Shown here one piece after another: positions 1-10,462 of a stretch of 64,000 nt of DNA (within the stretch, counting starts at the first letter, position 1; each line of letters begins with the position of its first letter). The position numbers were made by a program, and so were the translations under genes. The notes below the pieces were generated by a model. It was not told the DNA's origin and made no database searches. It worked only from the letters and a program-made list of their open reading frames with translations. The stretch is from Yuukianura sp. NJ FZ-2021 (lineage: Eukaryota): positions 8,432,001 through 8,496,000 of the forward strand of contig CM102285.1 of the NCBI GenBank assembly GCA_046563655.1. Direction: 5' to 3'.

Positions 1-124
1 TTCTCCTGCTTACGAGAAATTTCATGAAAAGAAATTGATGTGCGGTTAAAATAATCAGAAACCTTGGAATCTGTCACCTTTCACTTTATCAGATTTTCAA
101 AAAGTTTTTTTTTTATGTTTTCAG

Positions 125-263
125 GCTATGGCTTTATGTGTTTCTTCTGTATTTCGTGCACCGTTCGGGTGACATTCGGATTGGGACAAAAAAGCCGAGC
201 CCGGTGCATCGTCCTCTTATGACAACGAATTTGGAAAAGCAAAAGCAATCTGATATACTATAA
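125..263 (+). CDS. possible terminal exon of a gene starting upstream of the window (LWLYVFLLYFVHRSG...KQSDIL*)
   Basis: Poly-T tract plus CAG acceptor at ~105-124 is followed by one frame open to TAA at 261-263 with a hydrophobic start. The frame cannot be confirmed. Confidence 0.3.
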
Positions 264-373
264 GGTTCCTAACTACTTTAGTACGTCTTGTTTTAGTTTT
301 CTGAAACGTTTAATTTGTGACAGTGAAATTAACAAAAACAATTTGGTCAGTTCATTTCAGAAGCCAAAATTCA

Positions 374-2553
374 TCACAATGCTGTCGAAGGACGTACTGC
401 TGCTGCTGTCATTTCCTCGGATCCAATCAAATAGCCATACAGCAACTGATTTGCTAGAGACCATTTGTCACTACTACTCATCGCTGAATCCAGTCGTTTC
501 ATAAACTCTGCTCCATCCCTCAATACTTGATCTCGAGTTGAGGTTCGTAAAATTCCTTTTAGCTTTTCCCTTGCTTGCTGCGGGAAATCCGCTTCAGCTC
601 CAGAACTTTCAAATGAATTGGTTTGGTTTCTATCTCGTTTAGGTTTTCCAAAGCTATCTGGTGCCTGAAATCGTTGCAGTCCACGCGGGCTGGAATATGG
701 ACTACTGAATCGGTCATCAAGATCCACTCCGGGTGCTGCTACGCGGTGACGGGGAGGTGCGTACGAAGTAAAGGAAGAGTTGCTGACACTGGTTGAAATT
801 CGACCATACGGAGCTGACCTCGGTGATTGTCTGGAATTCGTTCCAGCAGTTAGCCGTCGGTTATCAGTCAATTGACTTGCCTTCATTCGTAACACTTTAG
901 GAAAGCGGCCGTATTTGAGCGTGAGGTCCCTCGCGAGGACCGGTTTGTTGAGGCTCGTGCCGGCAGAAGCTACGGTTACCGGTCGCCGGATTGTCCGCTG
1001 TTGTCTTTGCCAGAATTCATTATTCGGAAACCTCGTCGTCGGCTGAGTACGACTCTTCTTTTCATTAAGTGGCAGTTTGTCGTATGGGCTTAACTTCCTC
1101 TGCCGGCCTACTTTGCGTACTGGAGACAATATATTATTTTGAGATACGTCACGCGAGCGAGGAGATACACGGTTGGCTATGGAATTGGCACGCTGACGCT
1201 GCGCAGGCTCCGAGGGATTTGAACGTTCCTGGGTTATTACAGGCTTAGGATTTGAAGATGTTGGTCGTGAGCGTAATATACTTGGGCGTGGCGAAAAATT
1301 TTCGGGAGTACGACATAGATCATCGAAATTAAAATCATCTATTTCAGACTCGTCATCTTCTAGACAGTCATCCTCGTCCTATTTTTAAAATTAATCCAAA
1401 AGTTGCAATAATTGAGTTCGTTTAAATGCTTTAAACTTCATTACTTTGAAAGGGACGTCGATTTTCCTTGGAATTTCGTTGTTGTTTATTTCCATCCGGG
1501 CGACGACGGGTGATCCAGGAAGTTTTTCTCCAGCACCAGTTTTGATCACGCTTCCATTGAATTCGTCCAAGTCATCCCAGAACGTAACTCTTTTTACGCG
1601 CGGTGGTGGGCTCTGCGGTCGTATCAATTCGGTGTCATTATCGTCACCGACGATGGCATTTGGAAGATCGACGGTTTCAACTGGCCATGACTGCTGACAT
1701 GTTTCTGGAGGAGGTTCGTACTGGTCGTTTTTTTCTTCTTCACCTTCAACGGACTGCTGTAAAAAAGAAACGCATTCAAGAGCTTCTCGGAAATACTTGT
1801 CCAGAACATTGCCATTAGTTCAATTTCAACGGACAGTTTTACCTGGAGTTTCATCAGGGATTCCGTGTTGACCTGAATCATCTTGTGCTGCTTTTGATGA
1901 TCCGACAGCGATGAATCCGAGTGACACGGAACGACGTAATGGATCACTTTTCCATCTGGGGTATACATTTTCCTTGGACGAATCCTTGGTTGCCCCAACT
2001 TCAACAGGAGACGCTGATCTTCAGGTCGAAGTTCTGAATTTCTATTTGGATCAACCTTCCTCGTTGCTGATTCGACGATTCTGTCAAATGCTGTGTCTGC
2101 AGCAACCGGAGGAAATTCGTTTTGCAAGGCGTTTGGCAGCGACGTAGCTTGCAACTTCACTGCTACCGCTGCTCTAGATCGAGTCATTTGTAGCTGCCGG
2201 AAACTTTTCGGACGGCGGTAGCGAACCACTTTGGGCTTCGAGCTTTGACGACAGTCGTCGATGTCGTCGTGATCGTTCTTGCGCATGGGTGACAGGAATC
2301 GGTCAATACAGGGGACTTTACTAGCACACCGTTCCCTCAGTCGTCGCAGTGATGAACAAATGCGTGCGACTACGGAGGTCCTAGCTGGCAATGGGACGTC
2401 CTGCTGTCGGTCCAGGTCAACGGGGTCACAAAAGTTTGGTTGGAGGTTGACCGGCACAGGGGATAACGAGGTCTCATGGGTTGTCGTTGTAAGCACGGAT
2501 GAACTAACTGGCTTGTAGAATTTGAATTGTCGTCCCGGAGGAATCGTGTTCAT
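374..2553 (-). CDS. uncharacterised ~665-aa basic, S/R/P-rich protein, 3 exons (2553-1873, 1756-1445, 1378-374)
   Basis: Three minus-strand ORFs (1624-2553, 1391-1627, 374-1129) join in frame through two phase-0 GT-AG introns (1872-1757 with tandem CAGCAG acceptor; 1444-1379). It contains an RVTF (RVxF-like) motif. No family recognised. Confidence 0.7.
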
Positions 2554-3203
2554 TGTTCACAAAATTTCCTTCCCAAAATGGCGCCGTTTCAATAGCGCTA
2601 TTAAAAGTGATGTTGCTGTTACCTTACTCGGGTACTTAAAATAGAGAATTTTGAATTGAAATCAAATGGCACATCCTCATTTTAACCGTGCTGGATTAAA
2701 ATAAATTATTCTTCGGTAAGAAGTTTGAATTATTAAAATATTGTAATGAAAACGTTAATTTTCCAGAAATTGTTGTCGTCAAATCGAAACATTTGAAAGA
2801 ATGAATGTTATTGTAGGTGAAATTCTTACGACGATGACGCGATGGCATGGGAATTTTTTTTTCCGACAAATTTTAGCTCGCGCGAATTTTAAACTCACGT
2901 GTAGAAAATTCTGTTTTTCAAAAAATAGGAAAAATATTTGAAAAATTGAAATTGAAATTGTGCTTGTGATTTGTGAAAGAAAATGGTAAATTGAAACTGA
3001 TCGATCGACCTAACGATTAACAAATCAATTCAATCGAAATTTTTGGTTGATTTTGTTTGCAGGACCGCAACTCCAGATAGAACTAACTTAAAGGAGTCGG
3101 AGTGGGAGGTGACCTCTACTATCTAACATAATAGCAATAAAATTGAAAATAATGTTTTGGCGTTGGTTTAAGTTATCATACAGAACCGAGACCGGAAGGA
3201 GCT

Positions 3204-4210
3204 ATGGAAAGTTTCGACGAAAAGACACATTCTGGTGAAGAATTGAGTGAGGCAGAGGAAGTTGTTGGCGCAGACGTTGAGCTGGAGGCTGAAGATGAGG
3301 AACATGCGAAGAATTCCGGAAGCGATTGTAATGAAGAAGATGATGATTACATGCCAATGCCAAAGGGAAAGGGAAGGGACAAAGTGAAATCCAACTTGAA
3401 AAAAGAAGCTAAACCTGGAATCATTTATCTTTCAACTGTTCCTCCAGGAATGAATATTAGGCAAATACGGGAATATTTTGAGAAGTTTGGGGAACTAAAC
3501 AGATCATTTCTACAACCAGACAGTAAGTTTGATTTACATTTTAAGAGTGCTAATTTTGTTAAGGGGGAAATCTAATTTGTTCTTACTTATTTCTAGAGAA
3601 GGGATGGAAAGGAAAAGGGAAACCTAAAAACCTAACATTCACTGAAGGTTGGATTGAATTTCGTAAGAGGCGACACGCGAAAAGAGCTGTAGCGACACTC
3701 AACAATAATCCGGTAGGAGGAAAGAAAAGGAAAATTTACCACGATTTTTTATGGAACATCAAATACCTCCCTGGGTAAATGACGATTTCAGCAATACATT
3801 TACATTTGCATACTAGTTTAGATGAATAACCTTTTGACTCAGAAGTTTTGACTTATGTTTCAAGTGGGGTCGTTTCGTTTCTTTTTAGATTTCAATGGGT
3901 ACATCTCAATGAACGTTTGGCCTATGAGCGAATTTCGATGAAACAACGACTCCGAGCCGAGATTTCTGCAGTCAAGAGAGAAACTGACTTCTTTGCTAAA
4001 TCCATCGACCTCAGCAAAAAATTAAAGAGGAAAGGTGTTATTGGCAAAGGTGCCAAAGCATCATCAAACGACGACGCTTCCAAAGACGATGCAGGATTAA
4101 AACCGTATGTTGTCAGTGCTCCCCACACCGTGACACTTCCAGAGAAAAAAGCACCTACGAATTCTGACCGTGCTTCGTTTTTGACGTCGTTATTTGCCAA
4201 AGGTACTTAG
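3204..4210 (+). CDS. ABT1: activator of basal transcription 1 / ESF2 pre-rRNA processing RRM protein, exons 3204-3522, 3597-3774, 3889-4210
   Basis: Spliced translation gives GIIYLSTVPPGM...FTEGWIEF...ATLNNNPVGGKKR...WNIKYLPGFQWVHLNERLAYE, the characteristic ABT1/Esf2 motifs. Introns are canonical and keep frame. Confidence 0.93.
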
Positions 4211-4500
4211 AAAGCTCTTTTTTCAATCTTGATGATATTTTAGTTTTATAGTTTTATTTTCTTTTCAAGTATACTATATAATTACTAATTTAATTACTGC
4301 ACAAGAGAATTGGGCAAAATTAAATAATTCTGAAATGTGCGATATAACTATTTCAGCAAGTTAGACGCAAAAAAAAAATAATTTACAATAATAATATGAA
4401 GCTCGGGACTAAAAGTAAATGTGCATTAAGGTAACCACTAAAATTCACTACTTTTACGATTAAATTATTTAAATTGTGTTACTCGAATGCAATGGAATTT

Positions 4501-5334
4501 TTAATCCAGTTTGCTTTCCTCTTCCATGTCCACAGGAACTTGGGGTTCTGCAGGAGCAGTTTCCTGTTGGCCAGACGCTGGTGCTGGTTCTGCCACGACA
4601 GTTGGTGCTGCTGGTTCTGGAACCGTCGCTGGGACTCCAGTGAAGTTAATCGGAATTACGCGCTCATTGCTGGGTTTCACGATTGGCGCAGACAGAGTGA
4701 GAACACCGTTGGATGCCAACTTGCATGTGACGTTCTCAACCTTCACTCCTTCAGGCAAGACGTATCTCCTGGTGAATGAGCGCGAAACGAAGCCATGTCC
4801 ATCTTTCTTCTCACCGTGTTTGGCTTCAATGACGATGGAGTTGTCCAATGTCTTGACGTTCAATTCCTCTGCAGCATACTGGGACACATCCAAGTTGACC
4901 TCAAAACCATTTTCTGCAGAGATGCTCTCTGACAATACTCCATCAGTCGTTTTGGTTGAAGTTGCTCCAGCACTTGCATTGTCCCCTTGTCCACCCTGGG
5001 GTCCAAAGAATGACTGCGCAATCGCAGCAGCATTGTTCAAGAAATCGTGGAAGTTGATGACCCCTTCACCTTCATTTTGAAGTGCTTTTGCTCCGGGACA
5101 TTGTTGTGCACGAGCTTGACCGGAGGAGCATGGTTTCTGTTCGGAAGCAGCAGCAGAGCGAGTTCGACCGCAGTGTTGTTGGCGTCCTTGTCCAGCAGCC
5201 TTGGCTGCGTTGCAGAATTGTTGAAATCCTCCGTCAATTCCAGTGGATGCAGCAGCAGCAGCGTGCTCAATCAAAGCCCATACTGGAATTTCTTGGGCAG
5301 CAGTGACGAAGTGTGGGTAGACCAAAGTTGGCAT
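4501..5334 (-). CDS. small heat shock protein (alpha-crystallin/Hsp20 domain), intronless, 277 aa
   Basis: FEVNLDVSQYAAEELNVK...IEAKHGEKKDGHGFVSRSFTRRYVLP...LASNGVLTLSAP...ERVIPI (alpha-crystallin domain plus IxI motif). Confidence 0.95.
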   Translation of the reverse strand: MPTLVYPHFVTAAQEIPVWALIEHAAAAASTGIDGGFQQFCNAAKAAGQGRQQHCGRTRSAAASEQKPCSSGQARAQQCPGAKALQNEGEGVINFHDFLNNAAAIAQSFFGPQGGQGDNASAGATSTKTTDGVLSESISAENGFEVNLDVSQYAAEELNVKTLDNSIVIEAKHGEKKDGHGFVSRSFTRRYVLPEGVKVENVTCKLASNGVLTLSAPIVKPSNERVIPINFTGVPATVPEPAAPTVVAEPAPASGQQETAPAEPQVPVDMEEESKLD

Positions 5335-5539
5335 TTTAAAAGTTTTTCGGGTAGAGTTTGGTTTTAGTAAGTTCAGAAAAGTTTATTTTGAAAATGAGAT
5401 GTGGTTGAACGTATGAACGTTATTTTCTTTTTGTGAGTTTTAGTTTTGGAAGAGAGTTTGTAAGTTTGGTTGTTTTGTAGTAAGTTCCTTTGAAAAGGCG
5501 TTTGGAAGTACTGATGAAAGTGTTGTGGAAGTGAGGGGG

Positions 5540-5747
5540 TTTTATACCAAAATTTTTGGAAGTTTCGAAGTTTGTAGACTGTTGGAGAATGTTCTTTTAC
5601 CTTCCAATGACTTGCGTTTTTGTTGTCATTCTGTAACATTGCACACGTAAACAGTAGAATGAGTTGCAGCTTTTGGCAAAAGTCGAGAACCTTCTCAAGC
5701 TCACCAGAAAGTTCCCATAAGGCTTCAACACCTTCATGGAAGTTTCT
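5540..5747 (-). promoter_or_regulatory. sHSP promoter: TATA box plus cluster of heat-shock elements
   Basis: TATAAAA on the minus strand at 5546-5540. nGAAnnTTCn units at 5559-5566, 5587-5594, 5682-5694 (GTCgaGAAccTTC), 5707-5714 and 5739-5746. Confidence 0.8.
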
Positions 5748-6245
5748 ATTACACGTAGTGGATCTCTGCCACTTGACTTTTAGTACAAAACGAAATGTGC
5801 AATTTTTTGCAAACTCACTTTCTCTGATGACGCTTTATTAGTCATCCTCACACGCTTACAGTTAACTGCTGCAAAATTCCTACAGTCTAATGCTTTCAGA
5901 AATACGAAAATATGACTTAATTTAGTTTTCTTCGTGTATTTTACGACGAAGAATCAAACGTTTGTGTGTTTTTGCCCAATGAGTCTCTAAATACTACAAA
6001 ATTAAAAAATAATTTAATGTGAATGGCGATGGCATAACTTTTATAACTAAAAGTTCAAAGAATGTGATCTTTTAACGTTTGAGTCCCTGAGCGAGCCAAG
6101 AAAATTACGCTAAATTAATTAAGACTAATCGCATTGACAGTCACAACCATCGATTATTCCTCTCGTTCTCTCTCTGCATTTGTTTGAATTAAGTGCTACA
6201 TTATAATAACTTATAATTAATAAACTTAAGTAATTAATAACTTAA

Positions 6246-6916
6246 CTCTTTGGCGCCAAAAGAACTTTTTAAGAGAACTCGCATGTCCAGAAATTTTGTT
6301 TGACTGATCCGGATGTACAGGCAATTGCTGAGGAGCATTCCCAGAGTACCAGTCCATGCTTCGATTTCTCATTCAACGAGACGTCTATTCCAAAAAAACG
6401 ACACTTTGCAACAACAACAAAACATTGAGATTAGCTTAAGTTTAACGCCACATAAACTTTGTTCCCCAATTTTGTTAGAAAAACGTTCTAAGTTGAATTT
6501 TTTTTTTAAATCAACGGCACCAAAGTTCTCGACCTTCAGATGAAAACGATATGCAAAAATTTAAAAAAAAAAAAAAAAAAACTCGACCAAGGTGAAAAGT
6601 GGAGAAGCTTCGCGATCGAATTTTTTAAATGATATAACAATAAACTTAACATTGGAGTTTGGTGTTGGGCTGCAGAGAAATCAAAAAATTGTAACTGAAC
6701 CATAATTCTTTACGTCACCTTTGGTTTCTTTAAATTTTTATATAGCTGTAACGTATCCAGAGTATCCGTTCCATCAAAATAGTATTCCAGCAGAACCATA
6801 ATAATTGTTGCAGAAGACAAAGACATCTCAGCCCCGGCGAGACTGATGAAATCGTATCCAGAAAATGAGAATTTAGAACTAGAACATTGAGCAAACTTAA
6901 AATTTCGGTGCCAAGG
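6246..6916. mobile_element. possible degraded piggyBac-like non-autonomous element
   Basis: Left end TTAA|CTCTTTGGCGCCAAAA; right end reverse-complemented TTCA|GCCCTTGGCACCGAAA. Imperfect TIR and degenerate TTAA site. Confidence 0.3.
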
Positions 6917-7850
6917 GCTGAATACGAATTTTTCTACAACACCCTGCCTGGAACGAGGTGCTAAAAAAAATTAAAACGCAAATAAGATAAGCTTACAACG
7001 TGTGCGTGGAGATTTCCAAAACTAATTTTTACTTAATTACTGCTTATACAGTTTTACTAAGATCATATCATTTCATTTTTTTTTTATTCTACAGCGCTTT
7101 TCGGAAGTACTGTACATTTTCTGGCAGGCTTTTCAAAATAAGTACTTCCACCGTTTTCTTAATTATGTAAATAATATTGTCAATTACAGTTAGTGTAAAT
7201 TTCAACACTTGGTAGATTAAAAAATAGCGTACTAGATACACTGATAGTTACTAGGATTTCGTTGTTGAATAGTATTAAGCGTTTTTTAAAAGTTTCTTAA
7301 TAAATTTTTGAAATTCTTTTAAGGAATTTAAGGAGACTTTTAATGAGGGGATGGACAGGTTCAATAAAATTCTAAATTTTTAATTTTGTTTTTCCTATAC
7401 CATACCATATTCGTTAATCATGGCAAGGTTTTCGGTTGTTATTCTATTCTATGTTTTTTTTAATAGAATTTAGACAATTCAGAAAATTGTACTTTAAAAA
7501 ACAAATAAAAATGTGGACAATTAAGAAAATGAATTGCGGAAATAAAATTGGAAACGATGTACTATCCTGATTAGTTTCAAACATTACTTGAGTGAAAAAA
7601 TATGAAATTTTGACACAATTTAAATTTCAAAAATTAAATCAAGTAAAAATAAAAGTAATACCTTAAACAGCAGGAATTCCCTAAAAAAAAGTTTTCACTC
7701 CAATGCAAGCTCTAAAACTTATAGGTTCATTCATTTTATATTCATTTTAAATGAAAATTCATGTTAAAACGGCACTTCCTCGCAAATCTGCAACTCTTCT
7801 CCTCAGAAAAATTGATTCATCATCAATAACATAAAAGTAAGGTAGGAATT

Positions 7851-8729
7851 CTACCATAATTGTGAGAAAAACGCACTAATTTTGTTGGTTAATTGGGGGT
7901 CACTTGCCACAAAATAGTAGTAGAACACTCCAAGTGCAACGAAAGCAAAGTAGGGAGCAGGTCCCAGTGAACGCCAAACCGAGCCATCATCGTCTCCATG
8001 TTGCTTCCTGCCCATAGCTTTATCTTGGCAAATGAGGTGGTGCTTCAAAGTTTTCCAGTCCGCAGTATGGCACTTCTTGGAGCAGTAGAAGACGCGGTCA
8101 CATCCATGGCACTTGATCCGATTTGGACCTCTTTTGAGACAGAAGCGACACTTCCCGATATCTCTGTCCCTGTGAATGAACAAATCCTCATCGCTTTCCA
8201 CCTCCAGCGTCGGAAGCAACCCAACGCCTCTCACCAAAAATGGATTCCCAATGGAAATTCTAGTTCCAAATCCAACTTTTTCCTGAACATGAATGTCCTT
8301 CTTGTTCAGATTTCGAATTTTGAGGACAACCAGCACCACACGACCACGACCATCCTGTCCAATGAGTGTAATTTGTTCTCCGATCAGCGCAGGTTCGATG
8401 ATTTCCAGCTCAACGCGTTTCCCCTCGGCTGCGGCTTCTGCGTGCACATCTAGATCCGACAAGTAGATTGGAGTCAAGGCACCAAATTTCTTGGTCATAT
8501 TTTCCCTTCCAAAGGTGTTGACTGCCGAACTGCTGCGTCGTCTCTGCCGAAGACGGGGCAGGTTTTCCAAAATGGAATTCTTCTTTGCTTGGAGCTCAAT
8601 ACGATGCATCAAAATGATGGTAGTGCGATCAGAATTCAAGAGAATTCGATTTGAAAATCTTGGCGTCCATTCTTCTTCGCCCTGCACACTGGAGCCAGTA
8701 TAGCCAGTATCACTTTCTGTATCGCTCAT
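7851..8729 (-). CDS. zf-MYND domain protein with upstream beta-rich domain and C-terminal transmembrane helix, 292 aa, CDS intronless
   Basis: CRFC...CHGCDRVFYCSKKCHTADWKTLKHHLIC is a MYND finger and PYFAFVALGVFYYYFVA is a hydrophobic tail. An acceptor (TTTTTTTAG) sits directly before the ATG, with probable 5'UTR introns at ~8731-8819 and ~8880-8948. Confidence 0.85.
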   Translation of the reverse strand: MSDTESDTGYTGSSVQGEEEWTPRFSNRILLNSDRTTIILMHRIELQAKKNSILENLPRLRQRRRSSSAVNTFGRENMTKKFGALTPIYLSDLDVHAEAAAEGKRVELEIIEPALIGEQITLIGQDGRGRVVLVVLKIRNLNKKDIHVQEKVGFGTRISIGNPFLVRGVGLLPTLEVESDEDLFIHRDRDIGKCRFCLKRGPNRIKCHGCDRVFYCSKKCHTADWKTLKHHLICQDKAMGRKQHGDDDGSVWRSLGPAPYFAFVALGVFYYYFVASDPQLTNKISAFFSQLW

Positions 8730-9106
8730 TCTAAAAAAATCAAACCAAAGCTGTTAGTTAGTCGTTAATCCAGAAGACCTACAGAATCTTTATCAACCAT
8801 TTTATTTTGGAGACTTTACTTGAAATCCTGATTTGTTCAACACGCGTCAATTGTTTCGTTTCCTTCCGGGTTGCTAAATCTAAAAAAATCAAACATAAAA
8901 TTAGTAGTCTTCTGCCCAAATCCCTTGATTGTCAATTTCAAACTTCACTTCCGAACATGGTGCTCGCAATTAAACATCCGAATTTTAGGAACTTTAAAAT
9001 TGCAAGCTCTCAAGTTCAGAAGGTGTATTCAAAAATCTTGAAACTAAGGTTTTATTTCCACAAAACAGTTTCCTGTAGAACAGAATTGCTGTGAGCTGCA
9101 GTATTA

Positions 9107-9495
9107 GGGCCAGTGGGGGTAACTGTGGTAAGGGGTGAATTTTGGTCAGGCAGCTATTGCTGCGTTGTTATACGAAGTTCTGAAAATCTAAAAATTGGAT
9201 GAAATAGCTAGGGCAGTGCATTTTATCGTACAAAGTTAAGAAAAACAGTTATCACTGTTAATTGTCAAAGATCAGTGGCCCAGCAATTGGGCCGTCTCAC
9301 AACTGCAATGGCAAATATTTTTTTCTATATTTTTACAATAGCGAAAGCGTCATTTTGTTGACGTTATTTGTTAGAACAGCTTAACGTAATATACGGTTTA
9401 ATTTTTCACTTATTTTTTAGCTTAAGATTTAGCTTTTAAGTGAGATTTTGGACACCAAAGTTGAAAGCCCTTTGCCACAGTTTACCCACTGACCC
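9107..9495. mobile_element. MITE, 389 bp, imperfect ~29-bp TIRs, TA target duplication (Tc1/mariner-pogo type)
   Basis: TA|GGGCCAGTGGGGGTAACTGTGGTAAGGGG ... CCCTTTGCCACAGTTTACCCACTGACCC|TA. Confidence 0.75.
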
Positions 9496-9497
9496 TA

Positions 9498-9950
9498 GTT
9501 CCTTCGGAAGTATTGGAAGTTAACTGGTGAAAGTTTATGGAAGTGAGGGGGGTATACCAAAATTCAGAGAAGTTTCGAAGTTTGTGGATTATTGGAGAAG
9601 GTTTTATTCTTCCTTCATTTCCTTCCTTGTGTTTCTATTGCCATTCTGTAACATTCACACGTACACAATAGGACTTTACCTAATTCAGTTAGGATGAGTT
9701 CCAATTTTTGGCACAAGCCGAGAACCTTCTTTGGCTTTCAAAAATATGAAAATGTGACATATTTGATATTTCGAATTTCATCGAAGTTTAGTATTTGATA
9801 CAAATGAATGGAACCATTGTTTTTGGGCTTAATGAATCTTTTAATACTACTACAACGTATTTAATATTTAAAACTTAAAAAAAAGTTCATGCGAATGGGA
9901 TAACGTTCATAACTAAAGTTGTGGAGTGTTAATGCCTGAGCCATTAAAGC
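9498..9950 (-). repeat. diverged duplicate of the sHSP promoter/upstream region (~5484-6100)
   Basis: Collinear shared blocks, e.g. GGAAGTGAGGGGG..TATACCAAAATT..GAAGTTTCGAAGTTTGT, CATTCTGTAACATT(G)CACACGTA, CGAGAACCTTCT, AAATA(C/T)GAAAAT(A/G)TGAC, ATAAC(T/G)TT(T/C)ATAACTAAA. Confidence 0.88.
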
Positions 9951-10462
9951 TGCTTGAAATTAATGAATTTGTTTGTAATAAACGCGGTTTAGGTTATTAT
10001 TGCTCAGTGAGGAGTTAAATGCAAAATTCAAGTAAGGTAGCGTTTTGTTGGGATTTCTATTGCCTGTTTTTGATATGTATGGCGCCAAACCGAAGCTCCA
10101 TCAAAACACGAGAACATAAAGATGACCCAAATGCCCACTGCAATTTAATTTGCTAAAGACAAATTCGTGGTTAAAATAAATAAAATCAAATTCATCTGAG
10201 TTCAAAACCAATTCAATATTCTATCCGATAACATTTAACCCAAATTGTCTCAAAGCCCAGCAAGCGGAACGTTGTTGGAAACAGGAACATTTCACCGATC
10301 AGCAGTCATCTGTCATCTTCATTCATCATTCACCAAGTCGAAACTAGAGGTAAATTTTTTTTTTTCAAATTTCGAAATTTCGGAGTCGTACGGGAAAGAG
10401 TTTTTCCCAGTCAATTTCCTAAGGCGGTTTTAAATAAGATTGTTTTGGTGTTACAGTAAATA

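Noticed and set aside
4474..5367. Plus-strand ORFs (189, 106 and 101 aa) over the sHSP
   Set aside because: Antisense shadows of a clear CDS, with no independent motifs.
6563..6581. A19 tract as a retroposon tail
   Set aside because: No TSD or recognisable SINE/LINE body is visible.
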